From the NCBI GenBank assembly GCA_963924565.1, contig OZ004612.1, positions 8,990,001 to 9,054,000 of the forward strand: a DNA stretch of 64,000 nt, in the 5' to 3' direction. The DNA is from Ascidiella aspersa (Eukaryota). The notes beneath the pieces were generated by a model. It searched no databases. It saw only the letters and a program-made list of their open reading frames with translations, and was not told where the DNA came from. The position numbers and the translations under genes were made by a program. Positions 12,101-26,595 of this stretch are shown here, piece after piece; the stretch's first letter is position 1, and every line of letters starts with the position of its first letter.

Positions 12101-15100
12101 TATGTGGGAGGCAATTTGAACTGGGTTCCGTTTATGCTGAGTACTTAAACAATGCGGTACTTTAATAAAAATTATATAAAAATAACTCCGTGCTTTCCTT
12201 TGGCGAGAGCTATTCGCTTTGCATAGTGGCCTACGAGGCGCCTGTTTTAAAAACTATTTATGAATGAATCCATTTTGGAAGGGACTCGCATGACGTATTT
12301 CAAGGCCTCGATACATTTATTGTCAATTTTCTGCACTGTTTCAAACCTGTCATTTACCCGTAATAGTGTGCATGGAAACAAAGAAACATTTTACGCCACA
12401 CCATTTTGGTTAGCTCTTGCTTTAAACAACATGAACTTAATCGCTTAACAACAAAAAAGTATAGTTTCATAAGAAAGTCCAAGATACCCCTTCAATGGGT
12501 CAACGTGAACCCACAGGAGGGCATGAACCCTTAGTTAAGAATCCCTTCTGTTTTGATGGACTTCGGCCATACGGGGCCATTGGCCAACACCAAGCGATCT
12601 AATACAAATACTAATACAATACCCGCACAACAAACACATGCGGGTAAACAAAGCGAATAAACTTCCCGGACGCGGAAAACCCACGCCCACGTCTGTACGC
12701 CAACACGCGTTAAACGTACACGCCGATCAGGCGCGCGCACCAATTCCCAGGATGCAGTCCATCCTATGCGTTCGCGCCGCGCCTCGTCCTAAAACAAAGG
12801 CCGGAACCAGGGCCCGGCTCCAATGGCTGATTCAGCTTTATGTATCGCTGCCCTCCCGATTCTACGCCGTTTGAACCTTGGGTCAAGTTGTCGCGTTTTG
12901 GCAAACCCTCGTAATCCAATATCAACTCGCTGTCGAGATTTTTGGCGCGCGCTGCAGGTTTTTGCTGCTCTCTGCCTTGTTGAGCTGCTTCCTCTCAAGA
13001 CAATTGCGTGGCGCTTTGTTCTCACGGCTGAAAAATGAGTTATGTCCCTACCGGCGAGTGTATGTTTAATAAAAGCTACATTGTGATTCATCACAATTGT
13101 GTAAAAGTATTGATCAATGTGGGTCTTTACGTTTTGATTTAAGTTTAATTTTTTGTAATCACCTATGCACCCAATATAATGCAGTCATGGACGCCGAGTT
13201 TCGGGTGATTCGGGTTCTCCAAACACCCCTAGTAAAAACCCGGGGTGCCGAGCCCCCCTAAATAATGATAAATCCTTCTGTAAAAATATGTCATATTTCG
13301 GAATTTTTGAGCACTGCTGTGAACAACAAAAGTCGGCGACTATGGGCGAAACATAGAGAGTACAGTATGAATGATTCCAGGTATGTTTTCCTAAACAAAT
13401 CCTTGTTTTCGCGTTAGTTAACTTGTCCGTTGCTTCCTTGTTTGTCATGACTCGTGTGTATTCAACTGAGTAATCTGGTATTTTTTGTTAGCGTTATACA
13501 ATTTATCTCACTCACGCACTTTATAAACCTCAACAGCAACTGTATGTTTGAACTTACGGCGCTAAATCCTATTTTGGTGTACGTAATGGCCACGTGTTGC
13601 CACCCGTCAATCTACGCCAAAGTAACGACCCCAAAAATCAACCCAATAACCCGCCTATCCATTCCACTCGCAAAAAAATCAAATTTTACGCCAGAAGAGT
13701 CGCCCCTTCATGGGAAGGAGCCCGGAAAATAGCGACCGGGATTTGATTTGGGTCGCCCGCTCGAATTTCGCCACTCCAAACCCGACACGGCCCTTGAAAG
13801 ACGAGCAGCGGCCAATCGAAACGAGTAGAGCCACTGGACGAATACCGGCTGGTGTTGAGTGGCACAGATCCCAAAGTCGCCGACCCGCGAGGGCCTTTTT
13901 CGCTCGCCGCGATTTAATGAATGTTCTTATTTCGCCGGCTGCTTTCCCAGACGCTCCAGAAATCAGCGAAAATAGCCGCGGTAACTGAACACGGGGTCCC
14001 GCGAAGGAAACCGCCGAAGATTTGATTTCGGCGACCCAACTTAAAAGCTTAAGCGGGAAAATTTACCGCCTGCTTGGCTCGTTCGAATTAGCGGTGCCGC
14101 TTTTTGAGCAGTTGCCATTTAAAAGCGACCGTTTATGCGTGCATGCCTTTTTGGGGGTTTCAAACCGCTCTGAAACCTATTCTATTAAATGTAAAAAAAC
14201 TGCAGACTCTCAAGAACGGCAAATTACCGCCCGTCCGACCGCTTGTTGTTTCGGCTTGGCTGCGCCCTTTGCTCAGATCTGGTCGGATCATGATTCCCGA
14301 CCGGGCCTGGCTTGTTGCGCTTGGCAGACGAGACCGGCTCTCGGCATATTTACCTAACAAGGTTAGTGAGCTAGACCGAGACGGCGCTGTCTAACGAATC
14401 GTGAACGTAACTGCCTTTCCTACGTGACCACGTCTAGCATGCCGACCTTGGGCCCCGTCTTGTGGACCCCGCGCTGTTTGTTGTTAGTCCCGACTTTAGT
14501 CTACTTGGCGATCCCGAAAGGCGCCAGGCCACTTTCTGTATTGTGATACCGCCGTTTGTTCAAACATGATTAAATGTCTATAATTTCCAATGTTTTTTTA
14601 ATTTAGTTGCCCTATACCTGTGTTTTCTAAACCGTGTGTCGTCCTAGTGCGTCGTTTTGATTTTCAAGAGCTTTGCGCAAAGATTTCGTTTCGTATCTAA
14701 ATAATATTGCGGTAAAACGCTTATAGGAATTTTAACCTAGCTATGACAATGTCATTAAAACTTAAATGCGCCAATTGATTATTATCAACTTCTGGTCAAC
14801 AAATAAATAAAAAAAGTTAATAAAATTCCTAGCGCAAGTGCATTGAAATATCTTTTCCTAAGGAGGCCCGAGAAATAAAGTTAGCCGCCAAAGCGTTTTT
14901 TAGTTGATCTCTTTTCTTTAATAAAGGTCATTCATTTCCAAACTAATTCACGTGCCCCAAGTGATCCACCAGACCCCAGTTTAAAAACCCCTGTACACTA
15001 AGCTCTCGAATTTGTCGTTGGCTAGGCGCCCAACCTAAACCCATTATTTCATCTCCGCTTAGAGTCGAACCACTATCATACGTTTCCAGTTAGTCTAAAA

Positions 15101-16581
15101 CCCGCCTATTACGTAAATAGGTCGGGACCGCTTCCGCATTTTACCGTCCTTTTCAGTTTATCGGCGAAAAAACGGCTCAATACGATGAATAATTGATTGG
15201 CGAACACCTGGCCTGACACTCCATCTGCCGTTATAGGGTTTAACTGGATTCGGCTCCGTGCATAAATGATTTTTTTAAATAACAAGACGGTCGCCGTGGT
15301 CGATTATTATAAATCAACTTGCGTTACTGATTTTTGCTAGAATCAAAAAAATGAGAACACACAATAAGACCTACAATGCAACACTATCGAAAGCAGAAAA
15401 TATATGATATTATAGTAGTAAGACGAACGACATAATAAAGCCAAGTACACAGTTATATCTACGACAGAATAAGTTCCAAATGGTCTAAATAAGATCTAAA
15501 TCTGTCAGAATAAGGCCAAAACGGCCAAAATAAGAAACTTAAAGACAGGTTATTATTAGTCGTATTTTGATTCCAAACTGTCTTTTATTCCGACGTTAAT
15601 GTTGTTCTTATTTTGGTCTTATGACTGGAGTTCAAAAAATAGTTTGTAGTGCTTGAATTGTTCGTAAAGTTAAATCATTTTTTGTTGCTATTATTTTCAC
15701 CCTTAATTCCGATTATTTTTACCCAAAGAAAGCCACACACTTAATAGATGTACACGTTTTTTGGATGGTCTCATTTCGATTCCAATTTCCAATCTGATTG
15801 TTCGAGCCATGCAAAAGCTAAGCAAAATCTAATTTCCTGTCGAACAAGATGGAATTTGACGCCTCGAATATTTGCCGTCTCGCGTCTTGCTACGTTGCCC
15901 CTGTGTGCCGTTGTTACGGCCGCCACTTCCTTGCTTTTGTTTTACCTCGCCGGTTTCCAAAACAGGACCTAAATTTGTTGTATTTTAGATTCGAAACGGC
16001 GCAACAGAAGTCTTTTGTTTTCCGTAGTCGACAACGAAGTAAATAATTTAAACAAATTGATGTTTTAAAAAAAAAAAAAATTAAAAAATTGATGTTTTTA
16101 AAACTTAGGCGTCTTCAAAAAGTTAACTCGTTTGAAATTAATGTTTAACTCGTCATTCAAAAGATTTAAAACTTGCATTTTGAAAAAAATTGAAAGCAAA
16201 TAATTCAGTTAACACACACAACTCGCCAACCAGTTTGGTAGAAATTTAACGCCGGAGAAAAACACCCTAGGTCCCTAGGCCTTTTAGCCCGACAACTAAA
16301 CTATTTCAATCCGTCTTTTCCAAACTTTATTCGTGTCACCTTGGTCAAATTAATATCGACAGCCGCTTTGCATCAAAAAACTGCTGGGACTAGTTCGAAT
16401 AGCGCCGCTGTTAACAGCTGTTGTTCGCTTCGTCGTGTTTTGATTTCCTGTCCAGCGGTAAGCGACGAACTTTATTTAAGTGCGCCCAAAGTGTTGTCAG
16501 ATTCAGTGGTGTGCTGGATACATGCCAAATCGCCGAATAGGTGCGAGTTTTTCTCTCAAAGAGCTAGAGGTTATTGTACAT

Positions 16582-16836
16582 CAGTGTTTCTCAACCTGTA
16601 GGTCTCTACCGAAAGTTGAGTCGCTGTTTAGTTAAATCTATTGGGCTAGGTTTCCGCCAAGATGTATCTAAAATTCCCAAATTTACTGGTGAAATAATTA
16701 AGCTCACATTTATTTTGTGTTATGTGTCTTTTATTGTGTTCACTTGCAAAATGTTCAGTTTAGAGAAATTGGTCGGCAAAACCAGTTTTAACGCTTTGAA
16801 TTTGAGTCTCCGCGAAAAAAAGGTTAACAAACACTG
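16582..16836. mobile_element. hAT-type MITE
   Basis: Ends CAGTGTTTCTCAACC and GGTTAACAAACACTG; perfect 8-bp TSD TTGTACAT at 16574-16581 and 16837-16844. Confidence 0.85.
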
Positions 16837-19800
16837 TTGTACATTGTTCAGCCGCCCTCCCCAGTGTATACAAACCAACGACCACAAGGCGCCCGTCTCC
16901 AAGCTCATATACACTCTTATGTATATGTTCAATCGTACATCCACATTTGTCACGCGACCGGGATTTATTCCAGCTCGCGTGTTTAATATCAAACACTGGC
17001 TCTGGGCGAATCCCGTTTGGCGCGATACACCTACAGACCTGCGCCCGCTGTAATTCTTTCACTCCACATTGAATTGGCCATGTCACTAGCTGTGACCCGT
17101 TTCCCATAGTTGAATTGCGAACTTGTTTGACGGCAAACAACGGTAAGCCAATGGATTTGTAGTTGATGTGTTCGTGTAAATTACGAAAACGGACAACAGT
17201 TCTGGAAAATGTAAATGCAACGCTTAATCCTTGTGACGTGTGATAGCTTTTTACAGTGTTTACCTTGTAATCAACTTTCGTCACATTCCAAATCGGTTTG
17301 TTACAGTAGTTGTGCACTTCCATTTTAAGGTTTACTAATTAGACCAGAAAAAAAAATTGTTGTAACTAAGGCTAATACATTCAGGTAGAAACGGGGTCTA
17401 ATTTGCCTCCTAGTCAACACCTTACATTTTTTTGGTTATTGTCGTCGGTTTACAGACATTGTTGTCTCTATTGGTTGATTTTTGGCCTTGCAGGAAAGCC
17501 CCGGGCTTTTTGCCCTACGAGTTTGAAATACGTTTTAAATTGTTTATTTATTTAATTTTCTTTAAAAGCTAAACAAACGTGCATACTCTAAGTCTAAACA
17601 GTGTGTAGAGATTATCAATAAAATAAACGTGTAGAAATTGTAAATAAATCAAGTATCTACAAATTTTCTAACCATTAACAGTTAAGGATATTCTGTGTTT
17701 TTTTTGTGTTGCATAACACCTATATACAGCCTAACTGGTGTCAATAGTGTCAGACATCGCGTAGTCCGTCTCTTCAAGGTTATAAGTTAATTTTAATGTA
17801 ATAAAAGTAAAAAATGAGCACATTTTTATCATTTTATAATTCATCTGTCTTTCTTGTAACACCGGGCGTATGTGGATTGTGTGAAATACCGCGCATTAGT
17901 CCGTTTGTCCAAGTTTCAATTAATTTCCAAAGAAATAACAGTGAAAATGTTTTCAAATGAGCACATTTTATTATAATTTTCTGGTTTCTATCTTATGTAA
18001 CACCGGACGAATGTAAATTGTGTCAAACACCGCTCTGGCTGTCGCTCCCAATTTTACGCCAAAGCCGCCACAAGCTTAATCCACTCGCGCGGTTGCCGCC
18101 ATTAAAAATTAAACGTTACATTGTCGACGAAAGCTAAATTTAGTAACACGGTCGCGCCACTATAGAAAGATGCCGCCGCCGACATATTCCGACGAATCTC
18201 AAATTGGTGGCTTTTTCTAATTTCGCTCTTCGTTGCTTGTCGGACGCTCGTATTCTCAACGAGTTACAAGACTTTTGCGCTCAAAGCTGGTGTTTTTAAT
18301 TTTCTTCTGTCAGCGCCTGGCGGAAAAATGCCACCTTTGTTGTTACCGAGACACTTTTTGTAGGCTTATTTGAAGCCTTTTTGGTCATTTTTCAGCCCCT
18401 TTAAGGCCGCTTTACATTTTAGAGCCCCGATGTTTTTTTATTACGTAAATCTGATAATTTAATCAAATACTACGGCTGTCAGATCAGGTGCCAATTTACA
18501 TTATTCACTGCTGGTGAAATAGGCAAGCTTGATATTTTCATAAATCTGGATTAAAGTGGATGTTTTTCAAGGCACAAAGACAAAATTTTCTTCAGCGTTA
18601 AAATGCCAAGCTATACCTTAATTGTATATGGTTTATTTTCCCCTAAAAATGAGTTGGGATCGTTAAACCAAGGCATAATAAATGCACAAATTATTTAGTA
18701 TTTAGTCGGTGACGTTATAAACCTAGTATCTGACGAGTACCGATAACGCCACTTGGCATCAGGTATCGGCTTTGATCCGATATTATCGGACATCTATAGT
18801 TTACCGCGTCACTTTAAACGCAACCTCTCTCGGATTTTTTATGCACGTCGTTTTCCGTTCTGCTTTCGCCCCTCAGAAAACGATCGAAAAAAAGGCCCTC
18901 TGCAATGAAATCGGCCAACTAATAAGGCCTATCGCGTTCTCTTGGCAAAGGAGGATTTCGTCTAAGTGTTGGTAACCGCAGTCGGTAAATCCAGCTTGGG
19001 ATCGACATAGCGCCGCTTCAAATGCGGCGACGAGAGGTTGCAATTTCGCGAATTCCTGGCGAACAGAACATGGGTAAATCTCGGGTAAACGCTAGCCTGG
19101 TGCGCTGGACACTGCGCTCTCCGGACGTGGCCAAGTGTTTTGTTTGCGTGAGAAATTGCACAGGTTTGAGTGGAATAATTCGTGTTCTGCCTAAGTTGAC
19201 ATTGGGGCATTTTTGGTTTCCAATTTTAGTCTTTTTGTCGTTTTTTGGTATGAAAGTAGTGGAGAGGTGGACACAATACGTTTGCGTCTTAAGCAACTTT
19301 TGTGCGAAAATAACCCAATTGAAGTCTTTTTATTTTATCGATTCGCAAATACTTTCGGAAGATATCTGTATACGATATTTAAGCGTATAAAACTATTTAA
19401 AACGGCCTTTCGAGGAAATTACGTTCTTGTCAAATGAACAAAAATTAAGTACCAAAAATAACACTTTTACTCGCAACGCATATGGAATTAATGGTCACCA
19501 CTTTTAAAGCGGCCTAGCGATTATTACATGGAGTAAAAGCGCTCTTTTTTCATTGCTGTTTTATAACATCGCCGGGAGCAAGTTCGACATTACACAACAG
19601 TAATGAAAAAAAAACGTTCCAGACATTACTGTGTGGTTTAAGGGCGGTCGCGCCTCAGTTCCGGACTTTGGCCAGCACACCTAAATATCGGAAAGCGAAA
19701 GAATAGCTTAGCTTAGTCTCCTCGCGCCGGTTCAGCAAATCAGCAACCGCCGTACATACAAACACAATATTCCCCTTGGCCTGTAAAGGCGGCTGTTTAT

Positions 19801-19888
19801 AGGAGGTCGACGCCTATGTTTTTCCGAACAGCCAGAACTTGCTGTAAACAGGGGTACACAGAACGCAACCCGTCGTTTGTAATTAACC

Positions 19889-20111
19889 AGAGTCTCAAAC
19901 TATGCGTCGTTGCAATTTTCCAGGGGCGTCGCATAGTGATTTCGCTTCTTGTATACCGCTTATGGGTTACTATTTTCTTCTAAAAACAAACAAATAAATT
20001 GGCTTTAGTGTACTAATCTTAGTGAAAATTATTAGTGAAACTTAAAATGTTGTGTGCGTCGCAAGTTACTTTTTCAAAAGCGTCGCAAGAAAAAAAGTTT
20101 AAAGACCACTG
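19889..20111. mobile_element. Degenerate hAT-type MITE; similar elements at about 14617-14995, 24638-24882 (TSD ACTTAAAC), 25434-25723, from 44478, and 63411-63732
   Basis: CAG...CTG inverted ends with subterminal GCGTCGC repeats. Confidence 0.55.
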
Positions 20112-20655
20112 GCGAAAAACCATCCAGAGTCTTCCCAGCAACGTTTTAATAAGCGAAACCGGTATCTTTGGCCGTTGTTGTAATAAAATAAAGTCAGTTG
20201 TGGTTAGGAATTTCGCCTGCTGCCGGGATTTAGATTTCGGCGCCGACTTTTTCCAATAACCTTGCTGATGTTGACGGAAAAGTTCGACGGCCCGTATCGC
20301 CGCCGTATTACGCTCGGCTAAAGGGAGACTTGAGTTTGGTCGGGCATGGTTTGCCGGTTTTGCTTGTCGCCCAGCAAAGCTGACGTTTTCCCATCTATCT
20401 TTTGTGTTTGAAAGATATAAAAATAACGCTCGTCATTTTTGTAAATCACGGGGCCCGATATTATCGAATTGGAGCTGATTTACAGTTTAGTGTCCCCTAC
20501 TCGTGTGGTACTAGGGTGGTACCGATTGCCTTCCATGAGCCGTTTTAGCTTTTAATTGCGGTTAAACACAGTGTTCTCCACCATCAAAGGCTAATTTGCC
20601 AGGAAATGGAAATTTACATTTCAAGGTGTCAAAGCATTAACTTAAGAAAATTTTG

Positions 20656-20858
20656 GGCGCTGGTCTAGAATCCTACCACAGTTCTAAAATCAATGCACAA
20701 AATTTGAGTTAGGTTGCGGGTTAGCGTTTGGGTGTGGGTGGGTCAAGTATTATTATATTCTTTATTTAATAATAATACTTGACCCACCTTTACCCAAACG
20801 CTAACCCGCACCCTAACCCAAAAGGTGTTTCGTTGTGGTAGGATTCTAGACCAGCGCC
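20656..20858. mobile_element. 203-bp palindromic (foldback) MITE with GG...CC ends, Merlin-like
   Basis: Perfect 25-bp TIR GGCGCTGGTCTAGAATCCTACCACA, a second internal inverted arm, and a perfect 8-bp TSD AAATTTTG at 20648-20655 and 20859-20866. Confidence 0.85.
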
Positions 20859-23800
20859 AAATTTTGGTCTGATTAAAAACTTCCATTGCATCTATAATTT
20901 TATTTATCTTGCTTGCTTAATCACAGGAACGACGTAATTTTGTATAGAATAGGGCGGTCGTGCCTTTTCCAAAACTCGGGTATATAGGACATTCTGGCTT
21001 TCATTGTAGGACTGAAACTAGGGTTGTGGTTACATATTAGAGCGGGAGCTGTTTTAAGCGTTATTTTAAACCGACTTATTTAAATATGTAAATGAAAGCG
21101 TGTTAACGGATAATCGGAAAATCCTTCTAATCGGAATCAGCTGTTATAATAAAAGATAATATGTGAGCGCCCATGCTGGTAAAAGTTAACATCAATACCA
21201 AATTTTCACCCCAAATTTCCGCGGTTTTGACGATGTTTTATTTCGAAAAACTGCTTGTTTTGCTTTTAGCTGACGAAAACGACCGAAAAAGTATAAATTT
21301 GTATTAATCGTTGGCCTTAACCGTCAGGTACGGTCGCAATTACTCCAAACCGGTTTGTCCTGCTTATCAACCATAAAGTTAGGGGAAAGCTTGTTGCACC
21401 TGCTGAGAAGGATGTAAGAGTGCGAACGTCCAATGGCACATCAAAATACCTGTTTTGAAAATCGTAATACTTTTCTCACGCTTGTTTTAATTTTAACTTC
21501 CTCAAACTATGTTGGAGAGAAATTAGAATGAGAGACGCCGTGTATTTTTCTTACATTACCTTATCGAAATCACACGTTAACGGGTTTGTTTATTTTTGCA
21601 TGCCAATCACAAATCCCAGACTCCCTTATTAGTTCAGCTTTCACAATCCCCCCAAACATCCCAAGACGAGATTTTATTTTTCCACCTCATAGCCAATTGT
21701 CACGACTTCTTCATAAAGAGTCGACATGTCTTATCCACGCATATAAGCACTGAAGTAAGTTAAAAAATTCGGTCACTAATGAGCTGCCTGATTTGCAACA
21801 CCCAAGTTAAACGACTTGCCAGCAAGACTCCTCCCAACAGATCGAGTAAACTCGCCCGAGATGGTGTTTTTTTGTTGAGAATCGCGCGTCGTGCCTTTAT
21901 TGGCCACACACCTCGCTCAGCCAGCAATCCCAGCGCCGAGAGATCTTTGTTTTGATAAAATGTGGCCCGTGTCGAAAAGCGTGCCGTGAGCTAACCTCTC
22001 GACCAGCGGTCGTTTAGTTTTTTTTTCGAGGCGTGCAACTTTTTGAGGTGACAGTCATTGGGTCTTCCGGTTAGCCACGCGAACTAGTTTGTCCTTTTTC
22101 TTTCTTCCGTTGGTTCTGCAGGAAGTTCTGCGTTTACTAGCTTCACGTTTTTGTGCTTGGACACCTCTTCAATAACCTTTTGTGACTACTTGAATTGTTT
22201 TACCACGTCTGAGCAACGCGTTTTAGGCACTAGGAGACTAAAACAAGTCAGGGTTGCAACAAAAACGTTTTGGTAAAAGTACTTGATTTTTTGTAAAGCT
22301 TAATTTATTTGTTTAAAAATTTGCGGGGTAAAACTATTTTTTAAACTTTTTGGTATTGTGCTGACCAAGATATTAACAAATACTGTTTTGTTTTTAAACT
22401 ATATTTAAAAAACGTCGGGAGTGTCCGAATTTTACGTCTTTACAAAGTGATAAATTTTCTTTGAAAAGTCTTTAAATTACTTTTAAGTTTTTTCAAAAAT
22501 GTGTGTGGAAGCCCTGGAAGTCACACTTAAGGTATACGTCGTCCAACAATATCAGCTACAGTAGCAAACTAAATGCATTTTTTTACTTCGCAAACATGAA
22601 CAATATAAGAAAAGCTGACGAAATATCAGTTGTTATAAATGCTTAAAGTTGGAAACGCACTCAGTATTCGTCAAAACGTAAATACATGCATGCTTTAAAT
22701 CGTTTCACGCTTAAAACCCAAAGTTCAAACCTTAACCACTCACACACAAAAAAAAAAGTCGCCACTTTGCATTGGTCAACTAGCCCCGCTATAAGGTTTT
22801 CAGCTTAGCGCGGGCCACCATTGGTTGTCGGCGCGAATAAAAATCACGCTTCAATATCTCGCCGGGAGTGATTTGATTTGGTCTGTGTGCGTGACCCGCC
22901 TTGAAAGCGGGTCGGCTTTTTCCCACCGACTGGTGCGTGGCAAGATTCCCTGACAAGCCACGAAAAAAGATGCCAGATGCTGAACGACATCATGATGTGC
23001 AATGCTGGTCGAGAGCGCCGTATTGGGTTGTCAAGTTCTCTAATTCGCTTTATTAAACTTTTTTCAAACTTTAACATGACAGTTTTTGCACACTTTATTT
23101 TTAACATCGTGAGCCCTCTCGAAAGCAACTTGTTCGAGTGGTTTCTTACCACTTCTTTATCATTTTTTTAAATTGAACCTATCCTTAAGGGGGCTCGTTG
23201 GGGTATGGGAATATTATGTGCCAGGTCGCTTTTGTATGAAAATACTTTACAATTACTCTTACCACACGGCAGGAGGTAATAGGTAAATATCATAAAAGTA
23301 CCAGTTATTTGATTGAATGGTGTGTATTCAAGTCTTTCGTGCTTACCTAGATACCCGTTTTTGTTTCGATTAGGTTAATTTTGCAAAGTTCCAAAGCCCT
23401 GCTCTATATTCTTGTGTAGGCGGTACAAGTTTGCCAGCGTTTATTGCCGTAATAATATTGGCGTTGTATTCCAAAAAGATTACAATTGTTTTACTTTAAA
23501 CTTTATATTTTAAACAGGGTGCTAGGTGATGCAACCACTGTACGAAATATTCCGTAAATCACACTATACAACAAGGTCGTGGACAATATATGGCCCTTGG
23601 GCTTTTGCTTGGACCACCCTGTCTAGTGGACTAAAAATATTGGTTGAATAATACACATAAAGTAGATCCAATGGTTTTAAAATCTTCTCAAAACGTGGTA
23701 CATGATATTGACAAGCAGGCTATAAACAACAATTACTGGCGCCAAACGCTTTTCCAAAAACATGAGTAATGTTGCAAGAAGACAGCAAAACTTCGAAGTT

Positions 23801-24000
23801 TGTTATGTTAAAAAAGTTGTTTTCTGTTCTCGGTTAAGTGATAACAATGTTCTCGAATGTCTGCTCCCATTATTCGAAAACAAACGTAACAATGACGTCA
23901 TAATCACAGTTGTTCAAGAGGCTTCGCCGAGGTTCGAAACAAAGGTCGTTTTTCCTGATATACAAAAACTCGTGAATCGTAATGCATTTTTAGACTGTTT

Positions 24001-24270
24001 ACTGTAATGAATAAACGCCGAAACTTTCAAAGGCGACCTTACGGCACATAAAAAGCGAATGAATCGGTTGCTAAACATGGTCACAATAATAGTGGCAGAA
24101 AAAGAAAGGCGATACTTACCGTGATAAAAACAAAAACTCGTCATGCTTTTTAGGCAATTCACTGTAAAGAATGGACGCCGAAACTTTAAAGGCGGCCATA
24201 CGGCCGATAAAAATGCGCATAAATCGTCTGACAAACATGGTCGCAATAATATTGGCAGAAAAAGGCGCGG
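24001..24270. repeat. Diverged direct duplication of about 110 bp (from 24001 and from 24161)
   Basis: ACTGTAA...ACGCCGAAACTTT...AAACATGGTC.CAATAATA.TGGCAGAAAAAG occurs twice. Confidence 0.75.
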
Positions 24271-26073
24271 CTTGGCCAATTTGCTTCACGCAGTAAAGAA
24301 AGCGTAAACCTTGCGGCTCTGTCAAGTCGCCCGCTCGGCCACCTAATGCGAATATAATTGGCCGGTAAATGGACACCGCATCCCGATATTATCCTTTCTA
24401 GTCGCAGCGCCACTTATACCTCGTGGCAATACCGTGTTACTCTCAGTAGTTGCCTCACTGAAAATCTCCGAAAATCAAGCGCCGTATAATCGTGAAAATC
24501 GCATGTGATCTGTTGACCGGCTTCTAGATTTAAAACCCGCCTTCCTTGGCGTGTGTCGCCGTTCTACAGTTTATGCTGGGAATTATGTATTGTTACATTG
24601 CCCCATTTAGCTTTACGGCCTCAGACACCACTTAAACAGTTTTTTCTAACGAGGGTTGCGACAAACTGTCCCTGGAGGTTCGGGGTTGCTGAATCAGACA
24701 CAGAAAATGCGTTACTGTAATTTATCTAACTTACATTTTGGTATTGTGTTACTGTGTTACCAGTTACTTGTATGAAAATTAAATTACAATGTTTTTTTTA
24801 TTTAAGCAAATCTAGAAAGGGGTGCGAGGATTGGTTGGTGATTTAAAAGGAGTGCAGCAAGGCAAAAGGTTGATAACCACTGACTTAAACAGCCACGAGC
24901 CTAAATTTTGATGTTTTGTTATGCAACTTTTGCTGATTTGGTCAACGCTGATCTATAGGGCCCATATTTGACTTTCAAGTCCAACTCAAAGTTAGACTGG
25001 ACCACTTTAAACAGCAATTGAGTCGGGGTAGATTTAGTGTGGCGTTATTAGCAATATAATAGCCGGCCGGCCAAAGTTTTAAGACATCCGTTGATTCATG
25101 CTTTGTGGTTCGATTCAGCCAGCGTCATAACACAGGCATTGTCCCAACAATTCACCAATTGACCGCAGTACTCCAATTACCTTCGAGGTTAAATTCGTAC
25201 CGCAGCAGTATTGTTTTTAAAGCATAACAAAAGCAATGTCAACGCCTTGACTGCTTAAGTCGGCAACATTCTTTCGCCTACACCAGTGGTGCTCACATTT
25301 TTCACCTGCGGCACACTAAAAAGAACAAATTCGTGGCACACTTTATACAAAAATATGCAGTTTTAACCTAAAAATTAACTAAACTACACGGCAAGGTATG
25401 TAATAATACCATATATTTATCAGTTATCTACCGCAAGGGTCCGCAAATACTTTTTTGCGCGACTCAAATATTTCGCGTGGTGATTTCAACTAAAACGTTT
25501 TGTTGATAATGATTGTTGTTTGTAGCAGCTTTTTCACAAAACAGTAAAGATTTCTCCACATTAACTGAATGAAACTAAAATAACAGAAGCTATGAAGTCT
25601 TAGATTTCGTCTAAGACTTGTGTACTAATGCAAACCATAAATCATTAACAAAAATACTTTGTAATTCATAAATCCTTCAAAATAAACGTTATAGCGTCCC
25701 AAACACTATTTGCGGACCTCTTGACCTATGGTGGATATTGTTCATTCAATTCTAACGGACATTTAACACACATGCCTATGGAGAATATTAATAGTTTGCT
25801 TTCCTCAATAACCGCGGCAGACCGCAAGTTATAGATCCCGTTCGTCCCCTTCTCCCACCAATCATCGTTTCTATTTGTGTAACGGGTTCGGCGATATTGT
25901 ATTCGAGCTCCGCGGTTTCCAGCCATTGTTTTTCAACAGTGCAACCACGTCAGTCGCCGCGCAACCGAAAATCGGCTGCTGACAGCAGGAGCACGGTTCG
26001 CTGTACTTTTCAACAACCCCCTTGGGGCGGCTTTGTGTCTTCGAACCGGGGTCGGCCTTTTTTAACACCCGGT

Positions 26074-26595
26074 CCCCTGCTTTAAAATCGCTGGTTGAAC
26101 ACTTTTTTGGAGCTGCTTCTATAGCTTTTCGGTTTTGTTTAGGCTTCGGCAAATAACTTGACTCTCTTGTTGGATAAGTGTTGATTTAAATGTTAGAAAC
26201 ACAGCATTGCTGGAATTTTGGGAGTTTAAACATCTTTTTTGAGGTTGGACATATATTGTGGGGTCTTTTAAAGTTACCAAAAATTTTCTAGTGTTTGTCG
26301 CTATTTCGTTTCCCCCTGCTTTAAAACATGTATTGCTGGTCTGATCGACCCCCCCCCCCCCCCCTCCCCCACAAAAAATACTTTTTGGAAGCTGCTTCTC
26401 TAGCTTTTCGGTTTTGTTTAGGTTTCGGGAAATAACTTGCTTCCCTTGTTGGGTATAGGTGTTGATGTAAATTTTGGAACACAGCTTTGCTGGAATTTCG
26501 GTACTTTAAAACATGTTTTTGTGATGTTAAACATACATGTTTGGGCCTTTAAAGTTACCGAACAAATGTTCTTAATGTTTGTTGCAATTTCTGTT
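26074..26595. repeat. Direct duplication of about 240 bp; the second copy carries a long poly-C tract
   Basis: CCCCTGCTTTAAAA...GCTGCTTCT.TAGCTTTTCGGTTTTGTTTAGG...TTTAAAGTTACC occurs twice; C-run at about 26349-26370. Confidence 0.8.

Noticed and set aside
12531-12600. Apparent nested minus-strand last exon (RLVLANGPVWPKSIKTEGILN*) with an IKTE SUMO-like motif
   Set aside because: Its 3' end coincides with a degenerate hAT-type MITE terminus (GGGATTCTTAAC...GGGTTCA), and I found no partner exons.
16574-17323. ORFs of 159 and 187 aa inside the Dispatched intron
   Set aside because: They overlap a MITE with a perfect TSD, and show no domain motifs, codon bias or splice support.
17811-18032. 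Short diverged direct duplication (AAATGAGCACATTTT...TGTAACACCGG...)
   Set aside because: An ordinary local duplication with no coding or structural signal.
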